This document shows positions 1 through 11,929 of a stretch of DNA of 64,000 nucleotides, piece by piece. The notes beneath the pieces are model-generated. The model saw only the letters and a program-made list of their open reading frames with translations, did not search any database and was not told where the DNA came from. Every line of letters begins with the position of its first letter. Position 1 is the stretch's first letter. The position numbers and the translations under genes were made by a program. Source of the DNA: Felis catus (taxonomy: Eukaryota); contig NC_058368.1 of the NCBI RefSeq assembly GCF_018350175.1, positions 89,034,001 to 89,098,000 of the forward strand. Reading direction: 5' to 3'.

Positions 1-869
1 CCCAAATAGGGAGGTATTTCTCCTGCCTCCTAACTGACTGGGCAGGAAAAGTCTTTAGATAAAGGGATGGAGGAAAGAAAAGAGACTGAATTCTATCATC
101 CGAAATGTTACCTCAAGGCTGGAGGAGCAGAACCATCTCTGACTTATCCATGAGCCACCTCAGACCAGCAAGCTCTCAGACTGGTGGCAAAACCTCAAGG
201 GACACCATCCTCACAACCCTGCAGATGACAAGTAAAAGCCTTCACTCTTCTCCAGACATTGGGAATTAGGTGGCCCACATCCACTTCCAGAGGCCTCTGC
301 TCACCTATCCTTCTAAGCCATGCAGATCAAAGCAATTTTCTCAGTCCCTCAGAGGACTGGATTCTTAGCAAATCTGTAAACATTAAGAGTGGCTGGATAG
401 CCCACAGGAAACCACTGTTCCAGTCCAGTCCAGGCCTCTACCTTAGCCCTCAGGACTTAGTTCGCCAGACTATGACCATTTTTTCTAAATTGTAAAACAG
501 AACTTGTTCCTCTTTCCATAAGAGAACACAATACCCCTATTCCCAGGCTCCACTGCTTCTCTACACAAACTTACCCAGAGTCCCAGAGCAGTTTCCTACT
601 GCTTCTCCACATACTCTCCAGGACAGGATCCTCTGCTCTATATGGAAGTTAATGAATGGTGTGTGCATACACAAGCACATGCACTCCCCAGCAGCTGGCT
701 GTGACTGAGGGGTGATAAAGCACCAAGGGCCAGCCCAGCCTGTAGCCAGCAAGCCCACACACTCATCCAGAAAGTGCTGCTCTCAGTCCTACCATCAGGA
801 GTAACAAGGGCAAGCCAAACAGCTCATGGCAATGTGTGGTACCACCCCATGTTTTTTCACATCTCTAAA

Positions 870-990
870 ACTCAATCTTCTCACCTCTAATATGGAAATA
901 ATAATAATAATAAGATAGAAATCAATCACTGGGTTGCCGTAAGGATTGGGTGAGATAATCTGCATCAAGTATTTAGAACAGTGCCCAGTT
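870..990 (+). mobile_element. MIR SINE fragment
   Basis: ctcacctctaatatggaaataataata...gggttgccgtaaggattgggtgagataat...tttagaacagtgcc resembles the MIR core/3' part (recognised by eye). Confidence 0.6.
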
Positions 991-1394
991 GTGATATAAA
1001 TGCTAACCACTTATTCCTCTGTTCCCTCTCTAGCTGGCTGGCTCTCTTTGCTCCACTCTACTACATCCTTCTGGGCTACAAACACATAAGCCTGCCTCAG
1101 GGCCTTTGCACGTACCTGTATGACTGGTCTGATCTTCCCTCTCTCCTTCACTTGGTGTACTCTGACTCATGTCTCTGCCAGGGAAGGTATCAGACAATAC
1201 GAAGTCTATCTCCCCTTCACAAACACTGACATCAGTGCAATCTCTTGCTCAAGATCTATAAAGTTCCCTCAGCTACAAGCTATTCAGGATGGGACCAGCT
1301 CCCCCACTGCAGCCAAGCAGCTGTGCTAGGATCTTGGACCATCAAGAGATTTGCCGATGACCTAAAAAGTGACTTCTGTGTGGATGTCACTCAC

Positions 1395-1704
1395 CCACAA
1401 TTCCTTAACTGCCATTCCCAAGCCCAAAAAGCACCAAAAAATTGAGTTTTCTACACTCATTTGGCAGTAAAACCTTTGGTGAAATCTGATGTGATCTAAT
1501 GTAAGACTATTTATAGCATTTATTTATCTCATTTAGTGAGACTATTTATACATTTTGCCACAGAAACCAAAATGTTGGATTATGGTGTGCTGTTCCACAT
1601 TTTATACTACATCATAAACGTACTAGATCATCTTTTTAAAATCCAAAAAAATCCTGAATTCTGAAACATATCCAGACCAAGCATTTTAGAATTATGAAAA
1701 TGTA
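1395..1704. mobile_element. MER46C-like TcMar-Tigger non-autonomous DNA transposon
   Basis: ctcatttggcagtaaaacc...ctatttatagcatttatttatctcatttagtg...aaaatccaaaaaaatcctgaattctgaaaca match the recalled MER46C consensus blocks in order. Confidence 0.6.
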
Positions 1705-1729
1705 AGAGACAGCTACTCATTCACTGCCA

Positions 1730-2400
1730 TAGTTCCATTTCAAGCCCACAAACCTTTAAATTGAACCCTCTTTCCTTATGAAATACTGCTTTAAGCCTGA
1801 ACTCTTGATATAGTTTCTCAGATAGTTTACCTATCGCTAATCTCACGTCCCTCTAAGCAACCTTCCCAAAAGCAACAGAGCATCCTTCTTAAAGTGCGCA
1901 CCTCGTCACAACACTAACCTGCCTTAAAAACCATCAGAAGCTACCACTGCCCACAGAATAAAACTCAAATTCATTATGACACGCAAGGCCTTCACAGAAA
2001 ATTAACTCAAACATCGTTTTTTCAACCTCACCTCCAATCCCTAATCCTATGAACCCCACACTCTGGCTTCAGCAAGCTACTTACTTCCCCCAAAGAGTAC
2101 ACTTGTATGCGCTGCAGTCTTTGCTCCAGCTGTTCTTCACCTTGAGACATTACCTATGGCCCCAGTGCAAGCACTCAACACATCCATAACATCCCAGGCA
2201 GAGTCAGCCAGGCCTTCCCACGACTACACTCATACCACACTCTCCCCACACCTCCTGTTTCTCCCCTCCACACTGTAACAAAATCTGTGGTTGTGCTTAC
2301 ATGCCTCTCACCTTACTCCTTAGGAAAAAGTCTCTGTGACCTCTAAGCCTATTACAACTCTTGGCACATGTATGACGTTCAAGTGGCTAGATGGGGGACT
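1730..2400 (+). mobile_element. L2 LINE 3' fragment, highly decayed
   Basis: cctgccttaaaaaccatcagaagctaccactgcccacagaataaaactcaaattc...caaggcctt is a typical L2 3'-region motif; boundaries approximate. Confidence 0.55.
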
Positions 2401-2454
2401 GCTTGCATTATTAGCTAGATCAGCGAGAAAGAAGACCAAACCAGCAGCACAAGA

Positions 2455-2938
2455 CTGAAGGATTACATTTTCCAAAGGTGATCACCACATACCCCATCCC
2501 ACATGCTTTTCTTACAAAGATGTAATGCCATTCCTCCCACTAGAGGTGGGGGAGATGGGGTCTATGTTCCCTCTCTTTGATCTGTGACTATGGAGGAAGT
2601 AACCATACATGATTTGCAAAACTAGTCCATGAAAGGCAATAGTTTCCACCTGTTGCTCCTGAGATGCCTGCTGTTTGAATGCAGCCACAATGGTTAGAGG
2701 AAGCCCAAGCCACATGGACAGGACACCTATAGGTATTCCAGCTCACAACCCAAACTAAGGTTCTAGTAGACAGCAAGCATCTGAAAGGTTTGATCCCAGC
2801 CCTGGCCACATCTGACTTCAACTGCATAAAAGACCATGACCAAGAACCACATAGCTAAGATAGGAATAAAATGATTCTGTTGTTTTAAGCCTTAATATTT
2901 TGATGTGATTTGAGATACAGCAAAAAGTATCTGAAATA
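2455..2938 (+). mobile_element. MaLR (MLT1-type) solo LTR
   Basis: gaggaagcccaagccacatgga and the 3' block ataaaatg...tgttgttttaagcc...gatacagcaaaaag are MLT1 hallmarks. Confidence 0.65.
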
Positions 2939-3049
2939 ATGAGTAAAAGAGAATCTAAGTAGCTTTGATAAGCACAGCCAAGTGTTCTTCCTGTCCTCTG
3001 TGCTCACGCCCCAAGTCCAAGTTGACGCCTGCCTCAACTCATATTCCTT

Positions 3050-3597
3050 TCCTTATTAGAAGCTATTGTTGAATAAAAACATTTAATGGCTTAAATCAAT
3101 AGCAATTATTTATTCTCTCTCATAGTTCCAACAGGTCAGGAATTTGGACAGTGAAGCACAGAGGAGATGACCTGTCTCTACTCCATGATGTCTGGGACCT
3201 CAGCTGGAAGATTCAAAAAGCTGGGGCCTGGCTTAAAGGCTTATTCTGTCACATGTCTGCAGGTTGATGTTAGCATGGTTAACTGAAGTGCTGGCTGCAA
3301 CACCTCCACGTGGCCTCTTCACGTGGCCTGGGTTTCCTCTGAACTCGATGGCTGGGTTCCAAAGATGAGTGTTCCAAGAAAGAGAGTAAACCAGGTGAGG
3401 CTATATCCTTTTCATGATCCAGCCTTGGATCACTTCTGCCTACTCATAGGTCAGAGGAATCATAACTGCCTCCCCATACTCAAAGGGAAAAAAACACAGA
3501 TCCCACCACTGGTGGGTGAGAACAAAGTCCAATTGTAACAACAAGTGGAATGGGATATTGATGGGGTGACTATTTTGGGACAAAACAATCTGCCACA
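3050..3597 (-). mobile_element. MaLR (MLT1-type) solo LTR
   Basis: aatggcttaaa...ggtcaggaatttgg...ctccatgatgtctgggacctcagctggaag...caatctgccaca is the reverse-strand MLT1 pattern. Confidence 0.65.
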
Positions 3598-5079
3598 CCT
3601 TCCTTTTCTAAAATAGAACAATAGTCCTTTTAACCCTGACCCAAGTTCCTGAGGTTCTGTTATTAATGACATTTGCCTGCAAGGCACAGAAATCAAAATT
3701 AGTTTTGATTTGCTAGAATTTTTACACTCTTTTAGCCAAGTGACACAGCTGATCCACACTACCAAGTACAAAGACATCTGCACTGTGGTGCAAGATGAGT
3801 GAGCATTTTGGGTGTATAAAACCCTCAGCCAAAACCCTCAGGAGGCTATAAGCAGATCCCACCAATCCCTATGGGTCTCAATTTCTTCCTCTGAAGGACT
3901 GCCTAGAAACTGTGAGATCCCTAACACTCTGATTCCATGGTATTACATCTGTAGCTAGTCCTCCATCTCTGGCAAAAATATTTCTTAAACAGCAGAACAC
4001 CAGATAGTCAACTTCTCTTTGTGAGCAATAATGGAGAAGTCATACTTAGATTAAAAAAAGTATGCAAGTTGAAGGAATGTTGACAGGCTTTCCCTTCTAT
4101 CTTTATCTTGCTTAGTATGTTAAAAAGCACTGCCTAAAAAACCCAAAGGATAGAATACACCACAGATAATGGAGACCAAACTGAATTTCATTATGAGCCC
4201 TCTGCTAGACTCCTGCATCATGTATAAGGCTCCATAATTTCACAAGAAATGAAAAGAAGTCAGAGAAGATACACTAAGTAATTCAAGAACTTACAGAATA
4301 AGACCGAGGAGGAAGGGATGCGGGTTATTCATCCTGAAAAAGAAAACGCTAAAAGAAGTATGATGTTAGTGTAGCAAAAAGCATGATGGCCTGGGAAACC
4401 AGGTAACCTTGGGCAGGTCACTTGACCCACTTGTTCCTTGGTTCCCATAATTTGAACAGGGATAGAGTTGATTTGGCTCTTCTCCACGTTCCCTGGTTTC
4501 TAATGATGAAAAGGACAGCAACAATCTCCTCAATGTCCCAAACAGGAAATTAGTTTAACCTGTCACATAGGCCATTGAGGTTAAACATAACTACAATACT
4601 AACTCTGAGAGAAGGACACAGAAGCAGGAATCCAGGAGAGCGCAATGGTCTCCAATAATGGGGTCAGACAGGGGTGATTCACAATGAGAGGCAGACTCGG
4701 GATGTAAGCAATCTAAGAGAAAAGGCTCCGTGGTCTGAAAACTATTACAAACGACAGAAAATAAAGCTGCATCTCTCATTCGGGGACGACCTAAAGCAAA
4801 GAGTAATTAAACAGGCCACAGGATCAAGGGTTAACCAAGGTGGAGCCTCACCCTGGGGCTCACTGTTCAGTACAAACACAGATCAGCTGGCCACACAGCC
4901 CCTCTGCTCCACAGTTTATAAGATTGGGGGGGGGGGGGGGGCGGGGAGGCCTGCACGTCTCAGGAGGCCCCAACTCCACACACGTGGGCTAACAGGAGGA
5001 AAAAGTTTTCTTTCCAGTTTACGTATTTTCACATTGTGTCAATTCTTCCTGGAGGCTGAGGAGAAAGAACCCTAGTGGA

Positions 5080-6010
5080 AGGGACGCTGGGTGGGGATTG
5101 GGGAAAGGCCACCTCCCATTGCCGCTCCCCAAACCCTCTGCAGCAATCCCACCCCCTCTGGCCGTGCACCCACGTACGCCCTAAGGCCGAGTTTCACAAC
5201 CGCTTCCCTCCCGGTGGAGCCTGCCCGCCCTCCCTCCAACAGCTGGAGGCCCGGATTCCGAGAGCGGAACGCGGAGTTCGACTTCCCGGCTAGAGAGGGG
5301 TGCGCGACCGAAACCCGGGGCGGGCCGGGCCAAGTCCTCTCTGAGGCTCCCGGGCACCAGGGCTGTCGGGGGACACGAAGTGCTCGGAGAGGAGCAGCTT
5401 CTCAAGCCGGGACCTGAACTCCTGGAGCGCCCTCTCCACTCCCGCGGGGCCTCCTTCAGTTGGACCTCCATGCCCTCCCTGGGACAAGCCTCAGAGCGGA
5501 CAGACGCCGACGTTTCAGGCCCCTACTCACCAGGTCCTCCCAACTTCCCGGCCCTGAACCTGGACCGCCCCGGGGCGCGGGGAACAATCCCGGTGCCCCG
5601 GCGCGTTCCAGGCGCTCGCGCGGGTGCCGGCGCCGGCGCCTTCCTCCGGGCCGGCCCTTCCTACACGAAGCGGACCCGCCCGCCGGGCGAGCAACGTGGC
5701 CCTTCCCCGGTAAGGGCGGGACGGGGAGGGCCGAGGGGCGGGACCGGCCGCCCTCACTCGCCAGGGGCCCCTTTTTCCCGGGCCCGCCTCCTCCCTCCGC
5801 CCGACTCTTAGCAATCACCCTGGATTTCCTCAGAACTTGATGGCTGAGCATCCCAAGTTTTCCGAGGTTCTGAACTTCAGGAGGCGCTGTGTTGGCATCT
5901 GTTACCACAGGGACCTTCCCTTCTCCCAATCGCAATCCCACGGGTCCCCACTCACACCTTCGGACCCCTCCAGTGGAGACGTCTGGAGCCTTCCCCTTCG
6001 GAGCCCCAGA
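5080..6010 (-). promoter_or_regulatory. MGAT1: CpG island / proximal promoter of MGAT1
   Basis: Dense CpG and several GC boxes (ggggcggg, gggcgga, ccgcccc); contains a minus-strand donor CTG|GTGAGT at 5531/5530; gene identity from recalled synteny with ZFP62. Confidence 0.75.
5531..5800 (-). other. MGAT1: Non-coding first exon of MGAT1 (proximal); 5' end approximate
   Basis: Exon ends ...CCAGGTTCAGGGCCGGGAAGTTGGGAGGACCTG|GTGAGT, resembling my recollection of the human MGAT1 5'UTR (...GTTCGGGGCCAGGACGTCGGGAGGACCTG); MGAT1 CDS is not in the window. Confidence 0.7.
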
Positions 6011-7143
6011 GCTTGGAGCCTCATGGAATTGAAGGGGAAAGCCCTGGCTGAGGTAAGGCCAGGCAGCCGGGAGGGTGCATTCACCAAATCCAAGGCCAAG
6101 CGTCTGGGGCCAGCTCTCAGCAACCTGCTCAACGCTAGCTTCCGGGAAGGAGGAGTTGGGGGCAATAGGTCACAGGGTGGAGGGCTATGAGAACAAAAAC
6201 CAGGGTGCCAAAAAGGAAGCCAGAGAGGAAACACCTGCTGCCAAAAGCAGAAGAGGGCCAGCTGTCGTTTCTTTTTTTCTTTTTTAAATACTTCCATTTT
6301 GTTGTTTTTTTCCTTTCGAGGTGGGGAATGAGAGCTGTTAGTTCTAAGTACAAGAGCAGAGACAGACTTGTCCCTGGGGTAAGAACCATCAGACCTAAGG
6401 AGTAAAGGACTTAATCACAGGATTTTGTGGTAGCCCTGTGAAAGGGGGTGAGGGAGCACCCTGGAAGAGCCTTGATGTCTGTATCTGACCCTGGGAAGTG
6501 AGGGTGGAGAACTTAGAACTACTGGCTACTCAAGCACATGACTTTTCTGAAAAGGACTGAGTCCAGGGCCAGCCCTACCATGTGACCAGGACACACTCTG
6601 CAGGCAACAGGCCCTCCCCCCAACCACTTCCCTCCTGTGTTCCAGAGCACATAGCAGGCAGAAACTTAGCAGTGTGTAGTTACTGACTGATTTTGCTCAC
6701 TAACTTGTTTCTACATGAAACCAGGAATTACCAGGGTTCTAGAGAAACAAAAAGGCAGGGCATGCCCAAAAGGCACCCCATGCCTGGGGCTGAGGAAATA
6801 AACCAACTGCACAGAGGCCTCCTCATGAAGGACCCTCCTAGAAGCTCTGAAGAGTATACATTAATCATTCTATTCTTCAGATCAGGAGTGTGAATATCAA
6901 GGGTAAGTGACAACCAGCTGACAGTTGCAAGACCTAGTGAGGAGCATGGCCATGTTTTAAACCCAGGCATCCCTGCCTCCATAGCTGGCACTCATTCCTT
7001 CCTATCATGCTCCCTTGCTCTGAGATGGCTGTGTGTCCAACAAGACAAGTGCACAGTGGGGCAGGAGGGAAGTCCTGGTAGAAGTAATTGGAGACTAGCC
7101 TGAAGGAGCAAAGTGAGAAAAGAGCTGACACCTCAGAGGCTGG

Positions 7144-7167
7144 ACATGCGTGCATATACACGCGCGC

Positions 7168-7203
<36 letters not shown>
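7144..7203. repeat. Alternating purine-pyrimidine tract, (CG)5 plus (TG)n microsatellite
   Basis: 60 bp of strict R/Y alternation read directly. Confidence 0.95.
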
Positions 7204-7204
<1 letters not shown>

Positions 7205-9500
7205 TCTAAGGTTTCCAGCTGAGCTGATTTCATGGACCATGGTAGGAAATGCAAGCCCACGCTCATGTGCCAGCCAGCAGCCATGGTCTCTGCACTTCTG
7301 CCCTCTGTTTTCCTCATGAAGGGAGTTGGGGGATATGGAAGGCCTACACACTCACACTCCATGTCAAAGTAAGAAGGAAAAGAGGAAAAGGATAATTCCT
7401 AAAACTGTAGAAAGTTGGGAAACACTGGTTTGCAGATCCAAGATATCAGGAGCTAAAATCACCCTCCAGGACAAAGGACACAGTGGGATGCTGAAAGGTA
7501 GGGCAGACCAACCAGCCCACGAGATGTCACATTCCCACCTCTAACAATAATCCTTCTCTATCTAAGGCAGTTCAATGGGGAAAAGAATGGGGGACTGTTT
7601 GTGCACCATAACTCACACCCAATGACTACTGTCCTTTGTTGAAATTCCAAGGCTCACAGGAAGATCTTAGGGTAGAAATTCCCCAACTGCAAAAGAACTG
7701 TCCCAAGCAGAAAGAGCCTGGTTAGTGAATTGGGATGGGCTGAATTCTTGGATGGAAACAAGAGAAAACATTTGGTATGAGAGGCAAGAAGCCAGGGTGG
7801 TAAGTGCCAAGTTGACCTGGGAAAAAAGGCCCAGGCTTTTGATGGACATTTCATGAGGAGGTACTATGGAGGAGATAAAGGGTAGAAATAAAGAGATAGG
7901 TGCCTGGATTCTGGGAATGAAACTGGGATTCGAATATCTGAAAATGGAAGAAATCTGAAGATCTGGTCACAAGATAAGAGAAAATTAGAAGGGAAAATAC
8001 TGTATCCTGCCCACCCCTACTACCTCCAAAAGAGGACTGGAGAGATAAAGAGAAGGAAGTGAAAATTATTCCAACTTCCCTCCCAGAAACTATGCCTAAG
8101 ATATCCTGAAACTTTTTATAATTTGGAAAGAATTCATGCTCTGAACTTAAGACAGATCTTTGCTGGAAACCATCAGAAGAAGTAAAATCAAAGTTTTAAA
8201 TCAGTGTTGTGTCTGTTTTTCCCTCTCCCCTTCTCACAACATTCCCACTCCCCATGGAGACCTAGAAACACAGCTCATCAAGATCAATGACCAGTCAGCA
8301 ATGTCTGTGAAATGGAACTTTTGGTTTACTCTATGCAATTCCTTTTGGAAGACAGAATGGTATAAATAAATTCAGTTAAAACACACACACAACTTTTAGT
8401 TAAGTCTATCATTAAGTCTTAAGGTCCTGGCTAAGTGGCCTGAGCATCCTGGTAACCCTATGAGAAGGCCAATGGCTGTCTCATGACAGGATCAGGCAGA
8501 GCACAGGACTAGTGCTTTCAGTGGAAATGACGGGAGAGGAATTCTGGCTCAGTCTAGGGAGGAAATATATCTTATCAGAGAGGCTGTCTGAAAGGGCACT
8601 GAATTCCCCTCCCTGAAGGTTTACAGCAGAATCCAGATGGCCCTTGACAGGTCAGATGCTGTAAAAGCAGCACAGAACTGGGCAGGGGATTACAGGGTCT
8701 GCCTCTCCACACTTAGGCAAACCCTTTGTGCTCAGGACTTCTGCAGCTTCCCCTTACATACCAAACTGGGGAAATAATCCCTGCTCTCTCTTCCTCACAA
8801 CAATGTGGTGATGGAAAACTGACACAATAGCCTGGACATTTCACATAACATCACTACAAACACAGCACAACTCTGTGGTACTTTAAGTGTTTCGAAGCAC
8901 TCACAGGCCTTCCAGGTAAGAAGAGGGCTGCAGACGCATCCTGGGGCCACATATCCCTTGCAAAGACTGGCATCAGGAATTTGCTGGGCCAAGTTGAAGG
9001 AGGTGACATGCCACCCTGAAATCCAGACCTTCTAAAGTGGAAGCTCGGCCTGAAAGCGGCTGCCCCAGAGAAGGAACAGCTCACTACTGGGGGAAGGCAG
9101 GCAAGAAAGAAAGGACAGGAAAAAAGAAACTAACTCATAAATACAGGATTTTCAGCTTGCAAATGAACCTAGTTATTGCCTCCAGCCCCCAATGAATGTG
9201 AGGTTCAGGTGGTTACACAGCCAGTAAGAGGCAGAGATGTTAGAAGCCAAGCTTCCTCCCCCACAACCAGGCCATTATACCCCACTATCTATCAAAATTC
9301 CCAACACATCTCCTTTCTGTTTGTTGTCGCTGTGAAAAGCAGGTATCTGGCATAGAAAAACTGGAGTTCAAGATAGGAAAGGGAAGGAGGTAAGAAGGTA
9401 ATTATGAACAGGTTTGCTTTAAGTGGGAACGGAGCCTGCAAAAATATAAAGGGCTAAGAGATAACAGTCTGAAAAAACTGTCATCTAAAAGAACAGGAGA

Positions 9501-9743
9501 GGGGCACCTGAGTGGCTCAATCAGTCAAGTGGCCACTCTTGTTCACCACTCAGGTCATGATCTCACAGTTCATGGGATTGAACCCTACATCAGGGTTCCA
9601 TGCTGACAGTGTAGAGCCTGCTTGGGATTCTCTTTCTCCCTCTCTCTCTGTCCCTCCCCTGCTGATGCTCTCTCTCTCACACACACAATAAATAAACGTT
9701 AAAGAAAATAATAAACTGGGAAACAACACCTTCTTTAAAAAAA
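9501..9743 (+). mobile_element. Can-SINE (tRNA-derived carnivore SINE)
   Basis: ggggcacctgagtggctcaatcag head, CT-rich tract, aataaataaa tail; imperfect TSD aaaagaacaggaga / aaaagagcaagaga. Confidence 0.9.
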
Positions 9744-10159
9744 AAAAGAGCAAGAGAGAATACCAGGATATGGCAAAGGAAGAAAAGGCCAGTACTTACT
9801 CCAAGAAATGGAGCTCAGTCTCCTAAATACACACTTGGCCCTTAGACTTATCTTTCCTCCACCCCTCTTTAATCTGCTACCTCAAAGAGGCACACTTGTC
9901 ATAAGTGTGGAGAACCCTGAGGGCCAGAATCCCTCAATCACCTTTGCCACTTGATGATTCAGGTATTGTTTAAGAGCAACAGGATGAGACAAATTCAGGG
10001 TAGGCTTTTAATTGAGGACATCCAAGGCTTTTACCAGTACACTAATTCAATAAAAGAGAATTCCTAATTCAGAGGTTTTTTTGTATATAACAATTATGCA
10101 AGCATTATCAAGGAATGCCAATGGTACTATTTCATAAGTACATGGCCCTGGATACTTTC

Positions 10160-10330
10160 CAAAATTTATCATTTCGTTTGCTCCCTGTAACAACCTGTGA
10201 GGGACCTGTAAAGTTACTTATCTCCATCTTGCAGGTGAACAGAATACTGGCAGAGCTTAAACCAACATATCTAGGGTTGCACACTAAGAAAGCAAGAGCT
10301 AGAACAAAAATCCAACTGATCTCAAACCTG
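10160..10330 (-). mobile_element. MIR fragment
   Basis: aacaacctgtgagg...tatctccatcttgcaggtgaacagaatactggcagag is reverse-strand MIR-like. Confidence 0.5.
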
Positions 10331-10858
10331 TGTTCTGTCCCTGTTATCTGCATGAGATTTCATGGTCTAAACACCTTATAGGGGGAGAAGGAAGAAAGAC
10401 AACTTAGGAAGTTATCTAGACCATTTTCTACCCTTCCCCTCAAAGGCAATTCTATTCAATTAGTTCCCCAAAACACAGCAGCCTGCTTCTGCCTGGGTAA
10501 TCCGTTCTAGTCTTATTTAGCCCTAAATGTGTTGACTCAGTGTTCAAAAGACTCTTATAGATAATCTAACCAAGCCTCTCTTCAGAAGCTGAAATTATTT
10601 TCATGTTCTCCTGGGCCTAACTTCACAATTGCCATTACCTACAACCCCTTACAAGATACTCCTTCTGCCTGGGTAAAGAGAGGCTGGGAACAGCCTCTCT
10701 AAGACAGTGAAAGAGAGGTGAAGCTTCCTCTGTACCCATCAGAGTAAGGGTTCTCATCAGGCACTTCATAAATGGCAGCATCCCCAGACTTGCCCCACTC
10801 AACATTTTCTGCACAAAAGCAGTAAGACACCAAATGGGAAGTGAGACAAGAACCTTAC

Positions 10859-11010
10859 CTTTCTTCTCTTCTCTCAGCTGCTCCCCTGGAGATCATCAAA
10901 CCCCCTTCCAGTACTCCATTTCAAAAACTTCAAATCCCAAATCAGATACACCAAACAAAGTGCAGCTTCTCTCCTGTTATCCAGGTCCAAAGTCCATGGC
11001 TGAGTGGACT
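10859..11010 (-). other. Candidate internal 5'UTR exon of MGAT1
   Basis: Pyrimidine-rich acceptor (ccttcccccccagactcctccccctcag|) and strong donor AAG|GTAAGG at 10859/10858; alternative acceptor at 11291/11290; no transcript evidence available. Confidence 0.35.
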
Positions 11011-11818
11011 CTGAGGGGGAGGAGTCTGGGGGGGAAGGGGTATGTCCAGGCCCCTCCCCCCCCAATGCAGGGTTCAGTGTCCCTCCCAGGGGTCTGTTAC
11101 ATTCCTTCATTCAGCTGGCTTATTAAGCTCAGAGTCTGGTGTTGGGCAGATCCCAGGTTCTATCCCATCTCTTGCTCAGGGAAGGGAAGTCATCCACTGT
11201 GAGGACTGGCCTTTCTGTCTTCTGCTGGGGTTCATGAGAAGAAACAGGCCATAGAACCAGCATGGCCAGAAGGCTGATTTCAGTGTTAACCTGTGGAATA
11301 TTTAAACATTGTGACACTCTCTAATCTATTATATGCCCAAATGGATTCCTAAGACTTCTTAACTATTCTTTTACTCTGCTCTATCATCAAAATACCAAAA
11401 GCACTAACAATGCATGTGGATGGTCTTCTAAGAAATATAGAAAAGAACATCCTCCTCCCATCTCCTTCTTGTCTTGTTATTACCATACACTAATCTCCAA
11501 CATCTCCCAAGCTTCTTAGAGTGTTAAGTGTTTTCATCGTCCAGCTCTCCCTGAATGAACTAAATCCATTCCAGACCTAGATGCTGGCACCTTCCCCATG
11601 CATTCTTTGCTCTTTTCCCTTCACCCTCGCCTCCCCTCTGCATCCAAAACTGTGCCAGGGATGGAATTCCCAATCTCAGTCAAACTCCTTCCCGAGGCCA
11701 CTGAGAGCACTCTCCTGGAACAGAGGCCTGAGTCCTGCCAGCAATAGCTGCACAGTGTTCTAATTTTGCAGTCCGGAAGCCCACCCGCGTCGCCCCCTCT
11801 CTTCTAAGTTTATTCTAA

Positions 11819-11835
11819 ACACACACACACGCGCG

Positions 11836-11875
<40 letters not shown>

Positions 11876-11923
11876 GGTCGCCCCCTCCCTTCTAAATTTA
11901 TTACTAAACACACACACACACAC
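11819..11923. repeat. Compound (CA)n/(CG)n microsatellites within a short tandem duplication
   Basis: Read directly. Confidence 0.9.
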
Positions 11924-11929
11924 CCTTCC

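Noticed and set aside
1..5530. MGAT1 coding exon
   Set aside because: No long glycosyltransferase-like ORF in the ORF track; this stretch looks intronic, so the CDS must lie outside the window
4674..6405. Many overlapping 70-160 aa ORFs on both strands
   Set aside because: Pro/Gly/Arg-rich products expected from stop-poor CpG-island DNA; no recognisable domain
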